Positions 53,336 through 64,000 of a stretch of DNA of 64,000 nt are shown here, piece by piece; the first letter of the stretch is position 1; the number at the start of each line of letters is the position of its first letter. This DNA comes from Trichosphaerium sp. ATCC 40318 (lineage: Eukaryota; Protista; Tubulinea). The notes under the pieces were generated by a model, which was not told where the DNA came from, did no database searches, and saw only the letters and a program-made list of their open reading frames with translations. Where the stretch lies: contig JALMLS010000416.1 of NCBI GenBank assembly GCA_038496445.1, positions 80,167-144,166 on the forward strand, given 5' to 3'. The translations under genes were made by a program, and so were the position numbers.

Positions 53336-55688
53336 TTAGAACTGTTTTGGGCGCTATTTTATAAAAAATATGCTAGGGCAGGAAGAGGTAATCGTGAATC
53401 ACAAGCAATATCATTTTAGTCTTCTTTGTACAAACAATGTAGCATGATTACTAAGAAGAGTTAGAGAAGTTTCTTCTAAGCCTATCCGTTAAAGAGATAG
53501 TCACTAAAACTCAAGGAGACAGTATGCATTTCAATACGTTTGTAAGTACAGGACATGCTACACATCTACTATCTCATACCATATCTTAAACGCATTCTCG
53601 TTTTGTATGATCACCGCGTACGTTTTGGTGCCTTACACAGACAAGTCACGATAAAATGTATTCGTGTTAGAGACAATGTTAATATTTTATATGGTTTTGT
53701 GTGATGCTCAGATTGATATGAACGACACTAGATTGAGAACGTGCAGATAGAGAACAGTAAATTCATTTGTTTTGATCGGAAATAAGATTGATTCACGTAA
53801 CCTAAACAAAGACTATTATTTACTCTACGGGCGCGTTGTAATGCATACATAGAGTAAGTACGTGTTTGTTCTGTTGGCCTTTGCACTGTATTGTATTGGG
53901 TCATGTAGGTTTCTAGCAAGGTCCAAACCTAGAAAGGTCACGTTTGTAAGTTGTAGAGCTACTGATAATGTTCATTCCAGAGGGTAAGAAACTCAAGCAA
54001 CGGTTTAGATATTTGGTTACCATAAAACTACGGCGTGGTAGGCATAAAGGGTGCCAAAGCGAAGCAAAACTGTAAATGTAAGAAAATTATGAGAATAGTT
54101 TATTCAATAACCAAATTGTCAAGGCTCATTGCTATGTACCCCAACACCGAGTTTAATCATTGCAGTATCATTACGTGTAGCTCATATAGATACATCACCA
54201 AAGGAATTTTCACAAAAAGATATGGCTACCAGGTTACTTTCTTAGTCAGTTATTTATTTCAGGGGTCATTACATAGCTTTGGAGCATCCAAGACAGGATT
54301 TTGGCATTGAGATCATTTCAGAATTTTTACATGATAAGTGCTCATGGTACTTTTTTACAAATACGGTAACAGGATAAATCCGTTTTCTTTTATACACCTA
54401 AAAACAAAACAAAAAAAAATTGTGGGACCTGAAACACACCTGTAGCCCTACCTGTGGTGATCCATTGGTACTCATTTTGTTTCAAATTGGTTTGCATTGA
54501 ACAAAGTAATATGCAATTTACACTAAAACCTCTCGCAGCATAGCCTTGCCAATGGAAGTACATGACGTGCAACTGTTTTTCGAATTGGTTCACTTTCAGC
54601 TGAGACAGTTTGTAAAACTCTCCAAATACCTCTAAAACCCCTAAAAACTATCCTTAGATGCGCGTTGCGTATATCAAAGGATATACAATAGGTACAAAGG
54701 CATTTGGAGCAGTGCAACGACAAATTCCGTTTCCGAACCAAACGTCGTAATAAAAATTTCTTGAACATGTTCTATATGTTGTACACGGGCTAACACGATT
54801 ATTTCTACACGTATGGCGTTGGTTTACTTCAAGGATATCCACAAAAAGATGCAACCTCATGATATAGCACAAACTCAGTCCAACAAAACAGTTAATTGTT
54901 TATTGGAGTACTGAACGCTTCATAGTATGTAGAAAAGGCGATTAAACGAACAAAGGAGAGGAGTTAGGTGATCTTGCTTTGAAGTGTGTGAAAACCTGTT
55001 TTGAAGCTACATATACGTATGAACAAGCGCAAAAGTGCTAATACGGTAATTTAAACGCTCGAGAGCTAATTCAGAAAAAAAAAATCGCCACGTTTTACGA
55101 AACGTCATTGTATGGTGAAAAATGCTTTTTCGGAACAGTATTGTCATATAAGGTTCCACCGCACTCCGACAGTAAGTGTTAATGCGCTGTTGGCGTAGTG
55201 GTTTATAATATGCGGCAGTATTACTGCCACAGACATGTAGAAATGTTGGTTTATGCCAAAAAGTTTTCGAGTCTGATTTGAAATATGATACAAAGCCGTG
55301 GCGAATCTTGTTTACCGGGCTTTTAGTTTCGTCAACAATGTCAAGCAGCTATAGTTCCATTGTTCGGAGTGTTTGTGAACGATTTTTAGTAAAAGCGTCA
55401 TCGCACGTTTTTAGAGTACTAGTAAAGACCTAAAGTCCCTGTTTTGTTCTTGTAGTTCGTCTTTCAGTTATAAACACAAAAAAGGTCTGTGTACGCTCAA
55501 ACGCGAAATGACATTATTATACGGTGTTTCTAAAGATAACAACACGATTAAATCGGAGATGAATTGGTTGCGATCGCCACTAGTATACACCCTAGGTACT
55601 ATGAGAATAAAACAAACCTGCTACATCATTTTTTTTTATAACCCAAATGGTCTTTTTGCCTACATTCTTCGGAATAGCAGTGTGGCTA

Positions 55689-58600
55689 ATGTACGCACCC
55701 AGGGTATTGTATACTCATTATCATATATTCAAATCCAACTATGGGGATTCGGAATGGTAATACCATTGTAGTGGGTATGAGCTACCCTCAAAACTCTACA
55801 ATTGAGCTTTGGGTACAAATATTATTTTTCAGCTTGTCATTTTTTTTTCCCAATTAACGGCAATCGTTTGCTTTAGAATATGCGTGGACATGCTACATTT
55901 AAAGGAGTAGAATTCTGGAAGAACAATGTAAATAAAAACGGAGGCATCAATATTGCTGGTCGGAACTATTCGGTACACAAGCTCGGAGAGTTTTTTGTTT
56001 ACTTCTACAATAGGTAGAAATTGAAGCGCTTGGCGACGATTTTAAAAGCACCACAATTGTAAATAACTATAAAATCCTCGTAGAAAACCCTGAAGTGGAT
56101 TATCTCCTTGGTACAACTTGCCGTTTTAAGCAACACTGTGACCGAAAAACGCTCTCCAAAAAAAAACATTGTTCTAAATTTGTTCTAGGTCCCCTTGGTT
56201 CTGAACACAGTGTTACGGTCGCTGAGGAAGTAACTGAACCTGCCAATAGATTGTTGATAGGTATGACTGCATCAACAGATAAGTTTGCGCTTAGTGGCAA
56301 GCATTCTTTTGGTGTTCTTCCTGTGAGCTCAAGGTACACTCCAAAACAAATGTAAAACGCTTTTATTTTATTAACACCCAAACAGATTTACTCATGTTAC
56401 CATACCTTTTCTACGAACAAACGGTTTTAAATCAGCGAGCTACCTTATAATGAATGAAAATGGGAGAATTGCATGTAATGGTTTCACGCGAATAGTACGA
56501 AAAAACATCAACCTTTATCACCTCTTTTTACATAACACAAAAAGTGTAACAACCTCATGCTGTTTGTACTAACTACTAAGTAATAGGGGCGTGAGAACGG
56601 TATTGAGAACATAACCTCTTTCTATGTTTCTGATGAAGACACTCCATTGAACGCACAAAACTGGACTGACACTTTAAAAGTAAGTTAAAGCTTGCTTTTT
56701 GTTTGCTTTACATGTCTTTATAGGCTATCATGGAAGTTGATAGTGACGTGCTGTTTAGTTGCGGAGATTTAAATCAACCGCCTCTTGGATTTATGCTTCC
56801 ACTCATGAAAGAAGCTGACTGGACCCCGAAACTACTTGTCGTTGCACCTTTCTTTTTATCATCCTTTGATGCAAGTCTACTCAACTACATCACTGGCATA
56901 AGAGCAGTAAGACCATCAATACAACCTTTCTTACTGGGTATTTACCGTTCTGTTTTAGCTGTATAGCAATTCAAGAAGAAGAGGAGACTTCTATGGAACT
57001 ACAATGGATTTTTCAAACGAATTTGATAAACTAGCACCAGAGGTAGCAGGTGAAGCTAGAATGATAGCAGGCGCATGTACTCTATCTGTAACGATGCTAC
57101 AAAAAGCTCTTGAAGTATGTCAAAATATCTAGTTACCTTGTTAGCTGAGCCATTAAATAGGCATCTTTCAGCACCAATGATACAGATGTTATTACATCAC
57201 TCAAAACACTAGACATCAACACATTTCTTGGGCGGGTACGCTGACTCATGACCTCTTTATTATCTTGTGGAAATATGATGTTCTAAGTGTTAAAAACAAA
57301 ACTAACACAAGATAGCTACGCTTTTCTCCAGATAATGAACAACTTTCGGATGCTACATGGGGTCAATTGATTCACAATAGCGAAGAAGTTGTTGGTCCTC
57401 TATTGAGTGCATCAAAAGAACTTGTCGTTCCTATGCCAACATGGAAAGAACGGATATTTTCGCCCAAATTTGGTAGCAAACACTTTTTTTAGTTACATGT
57501 TCTTGTTTCTAATTTGTAATCGTAGGTGATAGTGTATATGAATGGATTGTCCTGGCAGCGGTTCTGTTAGCATGTATGCTAACTTCACTATTTGGAGTTT
57601 ATATTATTATGTACAAAGATAGATTTCAATGTATGCAAATCACGTGGCTTTTTCAAATTCTCATTTTTTTCTTCTCGTTCAAAAAGATTCATAAACTAGT
57701 TGTCTTTGGCTGTATCTGGTGTTTGTTAATTCTTTGATCCAGATTCGTCTCCTCTTTTCATGGTTGGCATAATTCTTGGAGCAAACTTGATATACTTTAG
57801 TACACTATTCGGTACACCAAATAGTAGCAGTACAGCATCTTGTCATGCGCAGAACTGGTTATATTTTTTGGGCATCAACATTATGTTTGGGTACTAATTC
57901 ATTACTTTTGAATATGACCTTAACCCTGTTCTATGAAAAGATGTCTTTTCGCTAAATCATGGCGAGTGTATTACATCTTTAAGGCTTCAAAGACACTACA
58001 TGAGATAAAAATTACAGATCTTGAGGTAGTTGTTTACGTTGGTGCATTTTGCTCCGTTTGCTTGGTATGCTTTTTTCTGTTGTTCTATACTCTAGCACCC
58101 ACTAACTTGTTTTGTTTTCAATAGATATTATGTATAAGTTATAGCGCACTACTAAAGCCATCAGAAATCGTTGTCATAGACCAATACCGAGTATCAAAGA
58201 ACTTTTATGAGTGCACATTATCTCTTGCTGGAACTGTGATTTTAGCACTACAACGAGTTGCTATTGTATGGCCTTGTGCATCTGCTTTAGAATACTGACT
58301 ATTTACCTAGATTCTCGCTATGCTTGTTGGTACCATCACAGCAACACTTATTCGTAAAGTACCTGCCAATATTTTTAACGAATCAAAGGTAATTGAAATA
58401 AGAAGATGAAACTGTATGAAGTGACAATCTTTAGGTGTTAGGATACTCAATCTATAATATGACACTCTTCACTTTGATTGGAACTATTACATTCTACACT
58501 ATAACTTCAAATAACGCTGTTGGTCAGAGATATGTCATACACTCACTATGTGCAATTCTGAGTGCAGGTGCGTAGTAAGAACAATGCTGTTTTTTGTTGC

Positions 58601-58898
58601 AATACAATTATGGAAAAAATAATAACAACTTGACGTATTTGCATGAGTGCTGTGATCAGTAAATTTCTGTATTACTAAAACTGTGTTTATAGGTCTTTGC
58701 GTTCTTGCTATGTTCATTCTTTCAAAGACCAAAAGCTCAAAGAAAAGTAATACAATTTCTGCAAGCAGACCGGACGTAATGGATGAACAACTTTCTGAGC
58801 TCGAATTGGACAAAGAAAAGCACATAAAAACCCTGACAAATGACTTACGAAAGCTACAAAAAATGCTAGACAAAGCAAGAAAGAAAAACAGAGTATAA
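55689..58898 (+). CDS. Class C (GABA-B/Grl-like) GPCR with periplasmic-binding-protein type 1 ectodomain
   Basis: NVNKNGGINIAG..VDYLLGPLGS ectodomain; SSPLFMVGIILG, SCHAQNW, FGCLFAKSWRVYYIF and IRKVPANIFNESKVLGYSIYN 7TM motifs; coiled-coil tail. The start is uncertain because of an apparent frameshift near 55710. Confidence 0.88.
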
Positions 58899-59113
58899 AT
58901 AAAATGAGCACTTTTCTTTTTTATGTATGACAACAATCTCACATCCGACCTCAAATCTCTTGTCTGTTGTTCTTGAAATTGTATGAGGAATACAGAAGTA
59001 TCAATGTAATCGAAAGCGCCAATACATTATCATACATTCGAATGAAGGAAAGTTGAGGTGAATACGCAGTGTATGGTGTAGTACAAACTTTTTTTTGTTG
59101 AATTTTGTCATAT

Positions 59114-60364
59114 TTATTTTATTGTTTGTCCTTGCGTTTTAGTGGTTCTAGCCATCCTGTACGGAAAAATACGTTCACGCCATGATGGGATGATAAACGT
59201 CAGCGCCAAAAATACAATCACAAGGGCAAGTAAAACAACCAATACAGTAACTACAATTATTGTTGGGAAACCTGAACCATCTGATTGAGTTGAACAAGAA
59301 GAAAATAAAATAATTAAGCTTCCACGTGTGTCTATAGAAAAAATACAAAAATTAATAAAAACAACAATCAAGGTTCTGTTGTACTTTGTTTGAAGCATGT
59401 AGTTGGATCTGAAAGTGATATGTTTGATTTATCAACAACACAATCATCTCTGAAGGTAATCAACGTTAATGAATCAACTTGCTTTGGAGAGTAAATTAGT
59501 TACAAAAAACTTTAGAGGATTCGATCATACTTGTACACCGGAGGTATCGACTGATATATTAGCGTTGAAACTAGGACATCCTCCTATCGAAAAGGAAGAG
59601 TTTGATCCAACTACAATCACTGTATTCCCCAAAAAAACAACATCACCTACATTTACACGTCAATTTGTTGCTGCATGTTGAGTTGGACGCACCAGGTATA
59701 GTGTACGTTGTTCCTACAACTGAAAAAATACCGTCAATGAGCACTGTGTTTGGAGGTTGAGGAGTTGAAGGAAAGTCAACACATACTATTCCAGCTTGAA
59801 AGGAGTCAGTACAACCAATGTCATTAAAGCCTAGGCAACAATTAAATAATAATAATATCCGCATTACTACCATCGAAACGCATAAAGCTGCATCTCTCTT
59901 GCATGGTGCCCCTGGCAAATGAAGGCTCATCGTTAAAGTATTTTTCCAAAAACAAGTGCATACTCCCATTAGCGCTGGATAGAAACAAGTCCGTTTCAAA
60001 AAACGTTTTGTCACTATTCAGCCACCTGAATGTCGACATTGCTTCCTTGCAACGTTCACAATCATTACCGCTTCGTCTGCAAGGTATACAAGTACCCACT
60101 GTGAAATTCGTTGTGTTATTGCGTTGAATATTAAGCCACGTGTGTTGGTTCGCCGAGATATTTGTATACATTTCGAAATCATCTTCGTTTAGTATTTCTG
60201 GTAGCGTTTGACCTCTAAACAAGTTAACAACAAAGAATAGAAAAAAATATCACGTGCTTTTCTGCGCAATGAAGTCTAGCATAGGTAAAGTTGTTTGTGG
60301 GTACTTGCGCGGTAACGCCCACTAGTAGGACTAAAAGAGTAATAGAGCATAATACATGGAGCAT
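59114..60364 (-). CDS. C-type-lectin-like single-pass membrane protein, copy A
   Basis: Signal peptide; FTYARLHCAEKGQTLPEI..TWL..FRW..ERC..FNDIGC..IVC lectin-like pattern; C-terminal TM. Confidence 0.8.
60215..60257 (-). other. GC-AG intron (donor GCACGTGATA)
   Basis: Splicing gives HCAEK|GQTLPE. The unspliced reading and the GT alternative both hit stops. Confidence 0.82.
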
Positions 60365-60655
60365 AGTAATTAAACCGAATAGATACTATCACCAATAGTC
60401 TTAACAATCTAGATACAGATTAGATTCGAGTCTAATTTGAAATTATACAAAATAGAAGCCAAACTTTCATGGTACCAAACGACGTTGTTTCTTGAAGTAT
60501 TCTCTAATTTATACACCAGTACGGAAGTTTCTATTTACGCGAACGTGTTCCAAAATACGTCCGTTACATTAAGCGAGGTTGTGAACTAAAGTGAAGTCGA
60601 AATATTACTTTCCAGGTCTGATTTCATTGTATTAATACAATGTTTTTATGATATT

Positions 60656-61934
60656 TTATTTTATTGTTTGTCCTTGCGTTTTAGTGGTTCTAGCCATCCT
60701 GTACGGAAAAATACGTTCACGCCATGATGGAATAATAAACGTCAGTGCCAAAAATAGAATCACAAGGGCAAGTAAAACAACCAATACAGTAACTACTACA
60801 ATTATTGTTGGGAAACCTGAACCATCTGATTGAGTTGAACAAGAAGAAAATAAAATAACCAAACTTCCACGAGTATCTAGAGAAAAAATACAAAAATTAA
60901 TAAAAGCCATAATCAAGGTTCTGTTGTACTTTGTTTGAAGCATGTAGTTGGATCTGAAAGTGATATGTTTGATTTATCAACAACACAGTCGTCTCTGAAG
61001 GTAATCAACGTTAATGAATCAACTTGCTTTGGAGAGTAAATTAGTTACTAAAAACTCAACTTTAGAGAATGTTGTAAGCATACTTGTACACCGGAGGTAT
61101 TGACTAATACATTAGACTCGAAACTAGGACACCCTCCTAGTGAAATTGAAGAGTTTGAACCAATTACAAGCACTGTATTCGCCAAAAAGACAACATCTCC
61201 TTCAAATAGTTATTGGACGAAGTGCCTTGAGTTGAGTTGTTCGCACCAGGTGTAGTGTAAGTTGTTCCTACAACCGAAAAAGTACTACTTGCAATGACAA
61301 CCGTGTTTGTAGGTGTAGGTTCAGTAGTTGGAGGAAAGTCAACACAGACAATTTGAGCTTGAAAGGAGTCACTACAACCAATGTCATTAAAACCTAGGCA
61401 CTATATAAGTAACTGTTGAATTACAACAATAAATAACTACCATTGCTGCGCATTTGAATGCACGTCTCTTGCGCTCCCTCGCCGTTAGTAAATGTAGGCT
61501 CATTTAAAAAGTACTTTTTCAAAAATATCTCCATACTTGCATTAGCACCAGAGATAAACAAGTCTGTTTCGAGGAACGTTTTGCCACTATGCAGCCATTT
61601 GAAAGATGACATTGCTAGCTTGCAACTGTCACAGTCATTACCGTTCAGTATACAGGGATCACAAAAATCACGTGTGAAATTCGTTCCATTACTACGTTGA
61701 ATATTAAGCCACGTGTTCGCCTCACTCGAGATATTTGTATACATTTTGTAGTCGTCTTCAGTTAGTATTTCTGGTAGCATTTGACCACTAAACAAGTTAA
61801 CAAGAATAAGTAAAAAATATCACGTGCGTTTTTGCGCAGTGATCTCTAGCGTAGTTAAAACTAGTCGTGAGCGCATGCGTAGTAACACCCACTAGTAAAA
61901 CTAACATAGCAATGGAGCGTAAATCATGGAGCAT
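60656..61934 (-). CDS. C-type-lectin-like single-pass membrane protein, copy B
   Basis: Tandem paralog of 59114-60364 with the same intron positions. Confidence 0.8.
61788..61827 (-). other. GC-AG intron (donor GCACGTGATA)
   Basis: Splicing gives HCAKT|GQMLPE, conserved with the paralog. Confidence 0.82.
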
Positions 61935-62245
61935 AGTCAATTAAGCTGAATATTATTACCAATAGTCTTAACAATGTACTTCTACAACTAGATACAGACT
62001 AGAGTCTAATTAGAAATTAGGAAATAGAAAGCCAAAAACTTCACAGTGGATAGTACCACAAGAGACGCTGAAGGTAATCTCTAATTTATACACCAGTACG
62101 GAAGTTTCTATTTACGCGAACGTGTTCCAAAATACGGACACTACATTAAGCGAGGTTGTGAACTAAAGTGAAGTCGCAATATTACTTTAGGACAAAAGTA
62201 ACAATAGGGTTTTATCTATGGTGTTTTACAAGTTGAGCTATTTCT

Positions 62246-63391
62246 CTATTCTTCCCCTACATCACAAACAACAGGTGAATATGGCTGAGTGCATCTTGTT
62301 GTAACTTGTCTTCCGCCACCATACACCTAAATATGCATTCAACAAAACATTGACACGATATGTAAAATAAATCATAATGTGGTTAAAACCAAAACAAAAA
62401 TGAAGCCAAAACCACGTACCGAGCGTTCTCTAAAAGCTGCAGATTCTTCAGGCTCAAGGTCTCTAAAAATCTCAACAAGACCCCGTATCAAAGCGTAGTC
62501 ATATCGTCTTGGGAAAGGACCAATGGTACGACGACTGTAGCGGAATTGTGGATGCCAAACTACATAGTAATATTTAGCGGCAGCATCAATCTGAGCTCTC
62601 AGAATGTTCGTGTAATCACAAGTAGGCGTAGGCGCTTCAGGACACTCTTCGGCACCTGTACAATAAGGGGTTAGAACTCTCAATCAGATACAAACTGTGG
62701 AATTTACCGAAAGGGTAGAACAATCTATCAAGGCCACACCACATAGGACGTCTTTGACCATGTCTTGCTCTTTCTTGCAGAATCGTCTTAACACCATAGC
62801 CAGCTGGTACATCGAAAGGAAGGTCATCAGGGTCAAAGTCAGTAGATACAAGAGGCGTATTTGTCTATGAATTCGTCAATCAACAGAAAAAACAAAACGT
62901 CAAACCGTACAAGTGAGTCCATTGTTCCTGCTGGAGCGAGAAACGTGAGAGCTGGGTAAAAGTTGCGTAGTTCACGACAGGCAGTAGCCATTACGTATAC
63001 ATGAAGCAAGTGAGGATCATTATTGGGTTTGTCGAATAGAAAGACATCGTAATCACGTTTTTCCAACAGAGTAGCTCTGGCTGTGATTGCGGCATCCGTT
63101 CGTATTTTTGGAGCCCTTGGATCACCTTGAAAAAGGTGTAAAAAACGTGCGCCTCACAAAGTTCAAAGCGTAAGTACCAGCACTTGGGAAGAAGCTTGTT
63201 CTTTGCACAATATCCAGTGGGTGCTCAAAGCTGTAATCCTCATCTTCTGTGGGTGTTGCGAACCAGGTACTATCTTGAAAGTTCGTTATACGAATTCTTT
63301 GTAGTTCTAGAGCGATAGGGAAGTGGCATGACACAAATGAAGCAACATAAAGATAAAGGACAATGGTGCCAAGAAGTGTTGTAATGCGCAT
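62246..63391 (-). CDS. Secreted hypothetical protein, multi-exon
   Basis: Signal peptide MRITTLLGTIVLYLYVASFVSC. Exons join through GT-AG introns to ...VYGGGRQVTTRCTQPYSPVVCDVGEE*. No family recognised. Confidence 0.65.
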
Positions 63392-64000
63392 GGTAGAAAG
63401 CTGATATTACCCTGATAGAAAAATTTCTGCCAGGGTATTTTTGAATTTCATTGGGAAGACAGAAAATAGTCATGTATTTTTGGATTGAAATGGGCCGTGT
63501 GGCGAAGTGTTATAGTTTTTTTTGTTTAATCACTTTTAAGCACAACATTTGTGAAACGCAACGCGTTCGATGTTGTTTTTTATAGCTCGTTATTCAGGCA
63601 CCACGTGGTGTGAAGTACTGGGTGCTGTCATCTGTAAAATAAAAACTACCGGTTGTAGCCAGGTTTACTATCACACAACGCTGCCACGTATTGTGTTGTT
63701 TTCATGCGTCGAGTTTGTGAAGCAATGCACCTGTTATTGTGCGTTCTGACTAAATTGTCGTCAACGACAGAATAAATTGTAGCGATGGGACTGAAAGACT
63801 TCTGCCTTTTGAACAAAACGAGTATTGAAAAGTATTTATGAAAGTGGCCTAAGAAACGGTCTTCCGTTTTTGTGGGAAGGTTTTTTTTGTTTTATTTCGC
63901 ACTACACTACAGACGAACCACTGTTTTTGGGAGCAAAAAGATCTCAGAAACCAAATTACGAGCTGCCATTAAAATGGAGGAAAAATAGATAGACCACAAA

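Noticed and set aside
63126-63150. Possible 25-nt GC-AG intron
   Set aside because: An upstream GT donor in the same phase gives a normal intron of about 50 nt.

Overview
AT-rich, gene-dense eukaryotic DNA with many short spliceosomal introns (mostly about 40-150 nt). Most ORF-track entries are single exons or antisense noise. The gene content (class C GPCR, TKL receptor kinase, PqaA/AprA-like hydrolase, DH-PH-RhoGAP-SH3 protein) suggests an amoebozoan-like protist, which is inference. I reconstructed about 23 spliced genes by hand, two tRNA-Leu genes, two tandem gene duplications, several degenerate gene remnants and one dispersed structured repeat in two copies. The most unusual signal concerns splicing. 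Six introns need GC (not GT) donors to keep conserved reading frames, and five of them, in four unrelated gene families, start with the identical 10-mer GCACGTGATA. The same (A)TCACGTG E-box/CDEI-like palindrome is strongly over-represented inside introns throughout the window, and AAG 3' splice sites are common. The second candidate is a roughly 255/330-bp hairpin-rich element with asymmetric inverted repeats, which could be a Helitron2/Helentron-like element or a structured ncRNA. Exon boundaries were read by eye and no database searches were run.
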